Assembly (NCBI GenBank): GCA_963785235.1
Contig: CAWAUM010000001.1
Location: 480,001 to 544,000, forward strand
Length of the DNA stretch: 64,000 nt
Origin: an uncultured delta proteobacterium
GTDB taxonomy: Bacteria > Desulfobacterota > Desulfomonilia > UBA1062
Reading direction: 5' to 3'
Position 1 is the first letter of the stretch. Each line of letters begins with the position of its first letter. This document shows, in pieces, positions 54,843-64,000 of the stretch. Made by a program: the position numbers and the translations under genes. Under the pieces are notes generated by a model, which saw nothing but the letters and a program-made list of their open reading frames with translations, was not told the DNA's origin and did not search any database.

Positions 54843-57407
54843 CAAACAGAAAAGAGATCTTTCTCATCGACGGCAGCTCGTACATCTACCGGGCGTTTTA
54901 TGCCATGAAGAGCCTCTCCACATCCAAGGGCATGCCCACCAATGCCATCTACATCTTTTCCAGGATGCTCCTGAAGCTCATCAAGGATAAAAAACCCGAG
55001 TTCATGTGCTTCGTGCGTGACTCCAAAGGCCCCACACAGCGGCACCTGATGTATGAAGAATACAAGGCAACACGGCAGAGAATGCCTGAGTCCCTTCAGA
55101 TCCAGATCCCCTATATCCTCCGGATCGTTGAGGCCCTTGGCATCCCCATCCTGGTCAAAGAGGGGCAGGAGGCGGACGACATCATCGCGGAGGCGGCGCG
55201 GAGGTTCAAGGGGGATGCCCGTATCACCATCATATCCGGCGACAAAGACCTCATGCAGCTCATAGATGAAGCAGTAACGGTGTGGGATACTCTCAAGGAA
55301 AAGGTCTATGACGCTGAGGCAGTGAAAGAGAAATACGGGGTCTACCCGGAATATATCGCTGACCTGCTGGCCATCATGGGCGACAGCTCGGACAACATAC
55401 CCGGTGTGCCCGGCATTGGTGAAAAGGGCGCCCTGGATCTCATCAACAAATATGGGCATGTATCCGACATCATCGAGCATGCACAGGCAATCGAGGGCAA
55501 AAAGGCCAGGGAGGCTATCTTGAACCATACGGATAAGGCCCTTTTAAGCCATGAACTCGCCCGGCTCGACAGAGAAGTGGCAATGGACTTCGATTTGAAC
55601 AACATGCGCATGAAGGAAATGGACGTGGAGAAGCTCTCGCAGCTTTTCACGGAGCTCGAATTCAGGGCGCTGCAGGCCGGGCTTGCCGGTGAGGTGCCAA
55701 AGGCCCCTGACGGTCTTTGAGGGCACAATCGAATACGCCTGCAACCCATCCATATCGACAGAGGCAGGGATGTACGTGATGCAGGGATCCTGTTCGGCAG
55801 TATCCCAAGGGGAGCTCACCTATGTCTGCAAGGAAAAGGATGCCTGCCTCGATCCCTTGAAGCGGCGCCATATCAGGCTCGTCATGCACAATGCAAAGGA
55901 AGCCCTGGTGCAGGCCAAGCTCAGGGGCATTGATCCCGACCCTGAGATCTTTGATACCATGCTTGCCGCCTACTGCTGTGATGCCGCAACCGGCGAGACC
56001 ACTGTAGAGGACCTTGCCAAGTCCTGCCTTGACAGGGACATACCCCGGACCAAGGAGCTGCTCGGTTCAGGCAGGAATGCCAGGGTCCTTAGCGACCTGG
56101 GTCATGATGAGCTTGACCACTACCTTGCAACCCATGCCCACTTCCTTATGCCGCTCAAAGAGATTCTTTCAGGACGCATGGCGGAACTCGGGGTGGACAA
56201 GCTCTTTTACGAGATAGAAACGCCCTTGCTGGATGTGCTCTCAACCATGGAGGCCATCGGTGTGCTTGTGGACCCGGATATCCTCCTTGCTATATCTAAG
56301 GAAATCGATATCCAGATGAAGGGTATGGAGGAACGGATATATACCCATGCGGGCAGGCCGTTCAACATCAATTCCCCCAAGCAGCTGGGTGAAATCCTTT
56401 TTGTAGACCTCAATCTGCCCATGGTGAAGAAGACCAAGACCGGGTTTTCCACGGACAGCGCAGTGCTGGAGGCACTTGCGCCCAGACACGAGCTGCCGGC
56501 CATAATCCTTGACTGGCGCATGCTCACCAAGCTCAAGAACACCTATGTGGACACGCTGCCCACCATGATCGACCCTCTGACAGGGCGCGTCCATACACGG
56601 TTCAACCAGGCCGTCACAGCAACGGGAAGGATATCGTCTTCCGAACCCAATCTCCAGAACATCCCCATACGCTCGGACATGGGCAGGCGCATCCGATCTG
56701 CCTTCACGGCCCCCAAGGGCTTTTCCATCCTGAGCGCTGACTACTCCCAGATCGAGCTGAGGATACTCGCCCATATAACCAAGGATGCCACCCTCATGGA
56801 GTCCTTTGAAAAGGACATGGACATCCATACCCGCACCGCCTCCGAGGTCTTCGGTGTGCCGCTGGCCGAGGTCACCGAGAACCTCCGCCGCCAGGCCAAG
56901 ACCATCAACTTCGGCATCATCTACGGCATGGGCCCGCACAAGCTCTCTGGAGAGCTCGGGATAAAGCGCGATGTGGCAAAACGCTACATCGACAACTACC
57001 TTGCCAAGTACCCCGGTGTGAAGGGGTACATGGAGGGTATCGCGCGTTCTGCCGAACAGGAAGGCTTTGTAACGACCATCATGGGCAGGCGCAGGAGCAT
57101 CCCCGAGATCGCCTCGAACAATTTCAACGAGCGCGAGTCAGCCAGGAGGATCGCCATAAACACCCCTATCCAGGGGAGTGCAGCAGACATCATCAAGATG
57201 GCCATGGTGAAGATCCATGAACACATGAAGAAAATGGAGAGCTCGATGATCATCCAGGTCCACGATGAGCTGGTCTTCGAGGTCGCCGACCATGAGATGG
57301 AGCAAGTCCGGGAAATGGTGAAATCCGAGATGGAAAACGCCTATCCTTTACTGGTGCCGGTAAGGGTAGATATCGGGGTGGGGGAGAACTGGGCGAAGGC
57401 GCATTAG
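54839..57407 (+). CDS. polA: DNA polymerase I; frameshift near 55700
   Basis: 5'-3' exonuclease motifs ([26 protein letters not shown]) and polymerase motifs [33 protein letters not shown]. Confidence 0.96.
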
Positions 57408-57459
57408 GATTGTCAGAAAAAGGATCATCCTGATCAAGCATATTTTTCAGGCATATGTT

Positions 57460-58794
57460 TCAATCCAAGATCCTTTTCCCTATGGTGTCGTCTCCGGGCG
57501 TTGCATTCGAGACCAGGATCTTATCAATCCGGTTGCCATCCATATCCATGATCTCAAAGCGCAGGCCGTCCGCCTCGAACGTATCACCTGCTGTGGGGAT
57601 GCGCCCCATCTTTGTCAGCACGTAACCGCTCAGGGTGAGGTACCTTCCCGGTTCCTCATCCGAGAGCCGCCCAAGCCCGAAGATTTCCTTGAACTCATCC
57701 ATTGGCAGCATCCCATCGAGCAGCCATGAGCCATCCTCACGCTGCACTGCATACGGTTCATCGGTCTCGTCCAGGGACGGCATGTCTCCGACAATGGCCT
57801 CCAGGATGTCGTTGAGTGTCACCAGGCCCTTCACGGTCCCGTACTCATCCACCACAAGGATGATGTGGGTGCGACTCTCCTTCATCTTCTCAAGCAGTTT
57901 CAGTGCAGGTAGAGTTTCGGGTACGAACATGGGCTCCTGCAAGACGTCTTTGATGTCGGGAATTCCGCAGACCAGGCATTGGTTCAACAGGTCCTTGGCA
58001 CGAAGTATCCCCTCAACATTGTCCAGGTCTCCCCTGCATACCGGTACTCGTGAATAGACGTTGGAAGTCAGTATTTTCAGATTCTCATCCAGGGAATCGT
58101 CCATGTCCATCCACACTATATCCTGTCTGACGGTCATGAGCGAGCCTACGGTTCGGTCGCCCAGGCGGAACACACGTTTGACCATGGTGTGCTCGGCAGG
58201 TTCAAAAACCCCGGCCTGGGTGCCCTGCTCTATCATGACGTTTATCTCCTGCTCAGTGACAGGGGGCTCTTTCGAAGCCCGCAGCCCGATAAGGTGTGTC
58301 ACCACATCCGTGGAGAGGGTGAGAAAGGAGACAAGGGGTGAAACCAATGCGGAAAGCCACTGCATGGGAAGGGCTACCAGGGATGCGATGCGTTCTGGGC
58401 TGTGCAGCGCGATACGCTTGGGTACAAGTTCCCCGATGACGAGAGACAGATACGTGATAACGAGCACCACGAGGCCCAGGGCTATGGAATCGGCATGGGG
58501 GGACAGAGAAGGAAAGGCTTTAAGATATGCGGCGATCTCTTTGGCGATGGTAGCACCGCCGAAGGCCCCTGCCAGGACCCCTATTAATGTAATCCCGATC
58601 TGAACAGTGGACAAGAAACGGTTGGGTGATTCGGCCAGTTCGAGGGCGGCCTTGGCTTTATGGCCACCTTCTTTGGCCAGCTGCTGCAGCCTTGCCTTGC
58701 GGGAGGCCAATACGGCCACCTCGGCCAGAGCGAAGACGCCGTTGACCACGATGAGCAGGAGAATTATGAGGACTTCTTGGGCCATGTCATGCAT
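57460..58794 (-). CDS. Hemolysin/CNNM (TlyC-CorC) membrane protein with CBS domains
   Basis: NGVFALAE, FLSTVQIGIT, GELVPK, YSRVPV, VDEYG, DMDGNRIDK. Confidence 0.92.
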   Translation of the reverse strand: MHDMAQEVLIILLLIVVNGVFALAEVAVLASRKARLQQLAKEGGHKAKAALELAESPNRFLSTVQIGITLIGVLAGAFGGATIAKEIAAYLKAFPSLSPHADSIALGLVVLVITYLSLVIGELVPKRIALHSPERIASLVALPMQWLSALVSPLVSFLTLSTDVVTHLIGLRASKEPPVTEQEINVMIEQGTQAGVFEPAEHTMVKRVFRLGDRTVGSLMTVRQDIVWMDMDDSLDENLKILTSNVYSRVPVCRGDLDNVEGILRAKDLLNQCLVCGIPDIKDVLQEPMFVPETLPALKLLEKMKESRTHIILVVDEYGTVKGLVTLNDILEAIVGDMPSLDETDEPYAVQREDGSWLLDGMLPMDEFKEIFGLGRLSDEEPGRYLTLSGYVLTKMGRIPTAGDTFEADGLRFEIMDMDGNRIDKILVSNATPGDDTIGKRILD

Positions 58795-58902
58795 GAGCGA
58801 ATTATCATCTTAGCATGGTTGACTCTTTGGGTAAAGTGCGTTCAACCTGAACTAATATTGACTATTAGAAAGATGTTGAGGTATTTTGATAACCAAGAAT
58901 AA

Positions 58903-58958
58903 GGGTGTAGTGACCTGACGACAGGTCGCCGCAGGACAAAAGGATGGTCGGGCCGCCA
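58903..58958 (+). ncRNA. Na+/Li+ riboswitch-like motif (nhaA-I / DUF1646 class)
   Basis: GGGT-hairpin(GTGACCTG/CAGGTCGC)-AGGA-N-GATGGTCGGGCCGCC in a 5' UTR. The same 15-nt core recurs at 62199-62213. Family assignment is from recall. Confidence 0.6.
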
Positions 58959-59039
58959 TCCAGAGATGCGACAGGATTTGTAGCCTATCGCAAGCCCCAT
59001 CGATTCATCATGTCGAAGGGGAAACCTCTGGAGGCACTT

Positions 59040-59378
59040 ATGGATAAGGAACCGCATCAGAATAACCCTCAAACAGAGCAGACTGGCTGTCTCGCAGTCA
59101 TAGTGCGTATCACCTGGATGGCTCTCGGCAACATGTTACTGGTCATCGTAGCCTTTTCCATTGTCCAGCAGAGGGCGGGTATTGTGCTTGACGTCATATT
59201 CTGGGCTGTGGTGACAGGCCTCATACTTATTCGGTATATAGATATCAACATCCTTGGCGGCCAGACAACGGACTTTAAACCGGCAACCCTTCAACACTGG
59301 CGTCGATATTCTCTGCTGCTTCTTCTCGCTTCCGCGGTGCTTTGGCTCCTTGCTCATGGAGCAGTCCACGTACTCTAA
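59040..59378 (+). CDS. Small three-TM hypothetical membrane protein
   Basis: GGAGG RBS, three hydrophobic helices. Confidence 0.7.
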   Translation: MDKEPHQNNPQTEQTGCLAVIVRITWMALGNMLLVIVAFSIVQQRAGIVLDVIFWAVVTGLILIRYIDINILGGQTTDFKPATLQHWRRYSLLLLLASAVLWLLAHGAVHVL

Positions 59379-59484
59379 GCTGGAATACCGTACAAGACAA
59401 GATGAGGGAAGTGACCATACAAAGAGAACGGCCGATACACAGAGATCACAGGTACCGGCTCTATAGGTTTATTATAAAAACCAT

Positions 59485-60110
59485 ATGAAAAATGAAGCAT
59501 ATAAAAACGAGCCGTGGCGGCTCATTATTTTCACTGACCTGGACGGGTCGTTGCTGAACCACGGCGACTACTCCTGGGAGGCCGCCCGGCCAGCTTTGAA
59601 CAGGATACGGGAGCTGGACATACCTTTAGTGATCTGCACGAGCAAGACCAGGCAGGAGGTGAAGGTCATCCAGTATGAGATCGGTATCCAAGGGCCATTT
59701 ATCGTGGAGAACGGCGGAGGTATTATCTTTCCGCAGGAATTCAGAGCTATCCAGATAGGCAGCGCTATCATCACTGACAACTACCGGTGCATACCCTTGG
59801 GTCTCTCCTATGCCAGGATAAGATCGTTCATTAAAGAAGTGTCCAAGGACTTCTCCATCAGGGGATTCGGGGATATGAGCGCGGAAGAGGTCTCGCAACG
59901 CACCGGTCTCCCCATCGAGAAAGCCACCCTGGCAAAGGAACGGGAATTCACCGAACCTTTTATTCTGGAGCATGAGGAAGAACTGAAATCCCTGAGCAAA
60001 ACTGCCAACCTCAAGGGATTTGCGATCACCAGAGGCAGCAGGTTTTTCCACTGCATGGGTTACGGTAACGACAAGGGCGGCGCGGTCAGGAGGGTGAGCG
60101 AGGCGTTTTC
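59485..60110 (+). pseudogene. Mannosyl-3-phosphoglycerate phosphatase (HAD-IIB, MpgP/YedP-like), C-terminally truncated
   Basis: FTDLDGSLL, CTSKT, IVENG, REFTEP, DKG are present. The motif IV GDxxND is absent, and the ORF runs on into the convergent gene. Confidence 0.7.
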
Positions 60111-60177
60111 ACCGCACTGCGGGACTATGCACGGGAAAAGATCGAACGCCTCGGCAGCGCAGGGTCATACCAGATGG

Positions 60178-61098
60178 TTATCTGGGCTTCACATCTCCAA
60201 GCTTCTCGACCAGCTTGATCTCGAAAGGCTTGCTTGCCTCACCGAAATATAGTGACTGGTGGGGAAACGGTATCTCGATTTTGTTTGTATCAAAGGCATA
60301 TTTGATGCGCCGGAGGAATTCGCGCCCCACCACCCACTGCTGGATCGGCTTGGTTTTAATGCGGCCCTTGATTACCACGGCCGAATCGCCGAACTTGTCC
60401 ACGCCGAAGATCTCCGGCACATCGAGCATCAGGTCTGCAAATGCAGGGTCCTGCTTCATTCCGCTGCCCACCTCTTCGATGATCTTCACTACCGAATCCG
60501 TGTCCTGTTTGTAGGCCACCCCGATGTCGAAGACATAGGCGGACCAGTCTTTGGTCATGTTGCTCAGAGAAGTGATAATCCCGTTGGGGAACACGTGGAC
60601 GACCCCTGCAAGGTCACGCAGTACGATGGTGCGGAAGTTTATGCTTTCCACCAGGCCCGAGGTGCCGTTGATGATGGCCACATCGCCCACCCTGATCTGG
60701 TTCTCCAGTATAAAAAAGAACCCGGAGATGACATCCCTGACAAGATTCTGGCCGCCGAATCCGATAGCCAGGCCTGCTATCCCTGCTCCGGCAAGGATCG
60801 GGCCTATCTCGATGCCCAACTCCTTGAGCAGGATAAGCGCAACGATGACCCACAATGAAATGAGCACGGCCTGCCTGATAAGGCGTGTGATGGTCTCGAT
60901 ACGCTTAATGGATTCAGTTACAGACTCTTTTGCTGCCTCACTTCTGAATATAAGGTGCTGCCTGAATCTTTTGAGCATCTTCCTCAGGACAACAGAGGCC
61001 AGCCATGCTAGGAACAGGATCATTACGATGCGGAAAGTGCCTGCGATGAGCATGTTCCAGTTGACTCCCCGGATATAGCTGATGAATGTATCGATCAT
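60178..61098 (-). CDS. MscS family mechanosensitive channel
   Basis: PILAGAGIAGLAIGFGGQNLVRDVISG, ENQIRVGD, FPNG, IEIPFP. Confidence 0.93.
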   Translation of the reverse strand: MIDTFISYIRGVNWNMLIAGTFRIVMILFLAWLASVVLRKMLKRFRQHLIFRSEAAKESVTESIKRIETITRLIRQAVLISLWVIVALILLKELGIEIGPILAGAGIAGLAIGFGGQNLVRDVISGFFFILENQIRVGDVAIINGTSGLVESINFRTIVLRDLAGVVHVFPNGIITSLSNMTKDWSAYVFDIGVAYKQDTDSVVKIIEEVGSGMKQDPAFADLMLDVPEIFGVDKFGDSAVVIKGRIKTKPIQQWVVGREFLRRIKYAFDTNKIEIPFPHQSLYFGEASKPFEIKLVEKLGDVKPR

Positions 61099-61261
61099 GT
61101 GTTGTCATCCTCCAAGTTTATTGGCCTTCCTCATTATCAGGGAATTACCCCGGCTTCTGTTCGCTTTTCAAGCGACAAGGCCTCTTGTTTGAGCATCGTA
61201 TACGTACATGGTTGGTAATGGGAATAGATATCCTTGATAATATGTCCTGGGTATTTTGAAA

Positions 61262-62107
61262 TCAATGATCAATCAGACTCGAATCCGACTCTTCAACCAG
61301 TGTTACTCCCGAGTTACCCAGGTTATGCACCAGCTCGGCACCCAGGAGGAAGATGCACGCGGCGAAGAAGATCCACAGGAGGAAGATGACGAATGCAGAA
61401 AGCGGTCCGTACACATTGCCGAACTCGGTGATCTTCATCACGATGTAATAGGTGAATACATGCTTCGCAGCCTCGAAGAGCACGGCCGTAAACAGGGCGC
61501 CGGTAAGGGCATGGCGCGTCCTCACCCTGGTGTGGGGCAACACCATGTAGAGACCCGAAGCGATTATGAACACGAGGAAGGCAGGCAAAACGATCCCTAC
61601 GGGTACGCTCATCATATCCCAATCCCTGAGTCCGGGGAAAAACCTGGCCAGTGGACCGATGAGCGAGATGAGCGAGGTCGCGCCGAAGGAGATCATGATA
61701 AAGACGATGAGCACGTTGATGACGAGCAGGGAGAGCATAAGCGACGTGAGCAGCGGACGCTTCCCGTGAGTGCCGAATATGGTGTTGACCGCGCTCTCCA
61801 GGGAATAAAAGAGCTGGTAGGAAAAATAGGCGTACACGGCCAGGGTGAACAGGCCGATCCTCTTGTAGGCAATGATCTTGCCAAGTTCTTCGTTGATCTC
61901 GCTGGTGGCGTCCGGAAAGAACCCCGAGAGCCGTACTGACAGAAAATCATAGAAGGCCAGGTGCTCACCGAGGATATAGCCGAAGACCGACACGAGCAGG
62001 AGGAAAAACGGGACCAGTGCCATGAGGGAAAAACAGGCGATGGCGCCGGCCAGCATGAGGCCGTTGTGCCTGAAAAAATCAGCAATGCTCTTCCAGAATA
62101 TTTTCAC
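61262..62107 (-). CDS. YihY/virulence factor BrkB family membrane protein
   Basis: LAGAIA.F.L..LVP, VYGPL.A..IFLLWI......LLGAE. Confidence 0.9.
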   Translation of the reverse strand: MKIFWKSIADFFRHNGLMLAGAIACFSLMALVPFFLLLVSVFGYILGEHLAFYDFLSVRLSGFFPDATSEINEELGKIIAYKRIGLFTLAVYAYFSYQLFYSLESAVNTIFGTHGKRPLLTSLMLSLLVINVLIVFIMISFGATSLISLIGPLARFFPGLRDWDMMSVPVGIVLPAFLVFIIASGLYMVLPHTRVRTRHALTGALFTAVLFEAAKHVFTYYIVMKITEFGNVYGPLSAFVIFLLWIFFAACIFLLGAELVHNLGNSGVTLVEESDSSLIDH

Positions 62108-62173
62108 TGAATCCTTTCTTCACACAGAGCTAACCAACCCAGTTTCGTAGAGGCATTCTACTAGAACAATGCG

Positions 62174-62240
62174 AAAGCCGCCATCCGATTCAACGGAAGG
62201 CGGCCCGACCATCTAAATCCTCCGGCATTAAACCGGACCC
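62174..62240 (-). ncRNA. Na+ riboswitch-like motif (DUF1646 / nhaA-I class) with an overlapping terminator
   Basis: Minus strand GGGT-CCGGT..TGCCGG-AGGATTTA-GATGGTCGGGCCGCC, then hairpin GCCGCCTTCCG/CGGATGGCGGC-TTT; TATAAT about 12 nt upstream. Confidence 0.65.
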
Positions 62241-62394
62241 AATCATTTATTTATTATAGTTTTTTTAACTTAGTTGTGATGGTTAGTCAAATAGAGAAAA
62301 ACATGTGCCGAAGTAGGAAACAGGGGGAGACGTTCGTCTGTGATCAAGTCGTTGTTAAATTGGCACAAATCATAGAAGTACTAGGAATGAGACT

Positions 62395-62420
62395 GTAGGG
62401 GCGGGCCTTGTGCCCGCCCC
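62395..62420 (+). repeat. GTAG-type REP palindrome
   Basis: GTAG-GGGCGGGC-CTTGT-GCCCGCCC just past the acyl-CoA dehydrogenase stop. Confidence 0.65.
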
Positions 62421-62435
62421 ATGTCTTTATGAATG

Positions 62436-63584
62436 CTATCTCTTGCCCAGGATGTTCCTTGCAACGACCACCCTCATGATCTCGTTGGTGCCTTCATATA
62501 TCTGGGTGATCTTGGCGTCACGCATGAGGCGTTCCATGGGGTATTCGGACACATAGCCGTAGCCGCCCAGGATCTGAACGCCCTCGACCGTTGCCCACAT
62601 GGCCACGTCGGACGCATACATCTTGGCCATTGCAGCCTCTTTTTCAAAGTGCATGTGGTTGCTCTCCAGGTATGCAGCCCGCAGGATCAGCAGTTCGGCT
62701 GCATCAATGCGCGTAGCCATGTCGGCCATCTTGAACTGGATAGCCTGGAATTCACTGATGGGCTTGCCGAACTGAACGCGCTCCTTGGAGTATTTGATGG
62801 ATTCTTCAAGGCAGCTTTTCGCGATGCCCAATGCCTGCGATGCGATTCCGATGCGGCCTGAATCCAGCGTGGTGAGCATCTGCCTGAATCCCGAGCCCGG
62901 GTCCCCCAGGATGGCATCCTTTGGGATGCGGGCGTCCTGGAACACGAGCTCGGATGTACCTGAGCCCCTGATGCCCATCTTGTCTTCAACCTTGCCCACC
63001 GAGAAGCCCTCGGTCTCCTCCAGGTCCATAACGAACTGGGTGATGCCCTTATATCCTTTGGTCTTGTCGGTGACGGCCGCGATGACCGCATACTTGGCTA
63101 TGTTGCCGTTGGTGATGAACTTCTTCTCGCCGTTGATGATCCATTGGTTGCCGTCAAGCACTGCGGTTGTCTTCATGCCTGCCGGGTCTGAACCCGCATT
63201 GGCCTCGGTGAGCCCATAGCAGCCATGTGCAGCCCCTGAGGCCACGGGGGTGTTGAACTTCTTGCGCTGTTCCTCGGTGCCGAAGGTATAGACCGGGAAG
63301 CCATAGAGCGAGTTGTTCACTGACATGATCACGCCTGTGCTGGCGCAGCCCCTGGATATCTCGGTGAGGATGAGGGCATAGGCCATATAATCCATGCCCG
63401 CTCCGCCATATTCGCCCGGGATGGCGACGCCCATGAAACCGTTTTCGGCCATTTTTTTGAGCACGTTGTCGTTATGCTTGTGGTCCTGGTCGATCTGGGC
63501 GGCTATGGGCTTAAGCTCCTGATCTGAGAACCTCCTGGCCATGTCCTGTACCATTTTTTGCTCTTCGCTCAGTGAAAAATCCAT
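62436..63584 (-). CDS. Acyl-CoA dehydrogenase (butyryl-CoA/short-chain type)
   Basis: GLTEANAGSD, GEKKFITNG, KMGIRGS, RVQFGKPI..FQ, GGYGY, IYEGTNEI; AGGAGGAG RBS before ATG 63584. Confidence 0.95.
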   Translation of the reverse strand: MDFSLSEEQKMVQDMARRFSDQELKPIAAQIDQDHKHNDNVLKKMAENGFMGVAIPGEYGGAGMDYMAYALILTEISRGCASTGVIMSVNNSLYGFPVYTFGTEEQRKKFNTPVASGAAHGCYGLTEANAGSDPAGMKTTAVLDGNQWIINGEKKFITNGNIAKYAVIAAVTDKTKGYKGITQFVMDLEETEGFSVGKVEDKMGIRGSGTSELVFQDARIPKDAILGDPGSGFRQMLTTLDSGRIGIASQALGIAKSCLEESIKYSKERVQFGKPISEFQAIQFKMADMATRIDAAELLILRAAYLESNHMHFEKEAAMAKMYASDVAMWATVEGVQILGGYGYVSEYPMERLMRDAKITQIYEGTNEIMRVVVARNILGKR

Positions 63585-63666
63585 ATGGCTCCTCCTAATG
63601 TGGGTGTCTCGCTCTTGAGCATCCTTGTGTTCCTGTAAATATTCATGATGACGATTTTCTATAAAG

Positions 63667-63712
63667 ATGAATGAGCATTCATTTATATACCCTTGATAAT
63701 ACTTTCTGTCAA
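63667..63712 (-). promoter_or_regulatory. Sigma-70 promoter with a palindromic operator
   Basis: Minus strand TTGACA (63712-63707)-N17-TATATA (63689-63684); palindrome ATGAATG-AG-CATTCAT (63667-63682) lies over the predicted start site. Confidence 0.65.
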
Positions 63713-63828
63713 TGAGCGCCCGGGGAGATCTGTCTTGGTTTTTTCTGGAGAACAATAGCCTTTACTGAAGGTGTCATTCACTGGTATATAGAACCCTCTA
63801 TCAACCAAGGTAAGGGGGATTTTCTGCT

Positions 63829-64000
63829 ATGAGGAATGTGTTTATATTCAACGCAGGACCTTCGGTTCTGCCCGAACCCGTACTGGAGAGCACGAGCAAG
63901 GCGATCTTGAATTTTGCCGGAACCGGCATGTCAATAATGGAAGTATCTCACCGTTCAAAGCAGTTCGATGCACTGCTCATTGAGACAGTGGATCTTCTTA
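63829..64000 (+). CDS. serC: Phosphoserine aminotransferase, 5' part
   Basis: MRNVFIFNAGPSVLPEPVL...GTGMSIMEVSHRSK; runs off the window edge. Confidence 0.92.
   Translation, partial: MRNVFIFNAGPSVLPEPVLESTSKAILNFAGTGMSIMEVSHRSKQFDALLIETVDLL

Overview
Chromosomal window from an anaerobic, Gram-negative deltaproteobacterium (Desulfobacterota-like; inferred from gene content such as ispE-spoVG-tRNA-Gln-prs, DUF1844-degP, a PEP-CTERM gene and sigma-54 regulation). About 16 genes, including rpsA, accA, polA and ilvD, are split by 1-bp indels, which most likely reflects uncorrected long-read errors. Content in order: a sigma-54-controlled 4-hydroxybutyrate cluster (abfD, a small Cys-rich ORF, a CoA-transferase, an Fe-ADH); an LPS core/ligase cluster; c-di-GMP and cell-envelope genes; housekeeping genes (hpt, rpsA, sppA, guaB, dnaE, accA, pilD); an AT-rich islet (PEP-CTERM, PagL-like, lipoprotein, a MazEF gene cassette with an attC site, a tyrosine-recombinase remnant); more housekeeping genes (ispE, prs, comM, ilvD, polA); and an osmotic-stress region flanked by two Na+-riboswitch-like motifs. 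The most notable non-coding signals are: (1) a candidate stand-alone ~200-nt transcript (promoter-like site to terminator, 49098-49341) built from 19 in-phase GGY-NN pentamers; (2) a three-copy ~125-bp palindromic element whose 29-30-bp stems covary; (3) a complete integron-type cassette inserted beside a non-IntI recombinase remnant.
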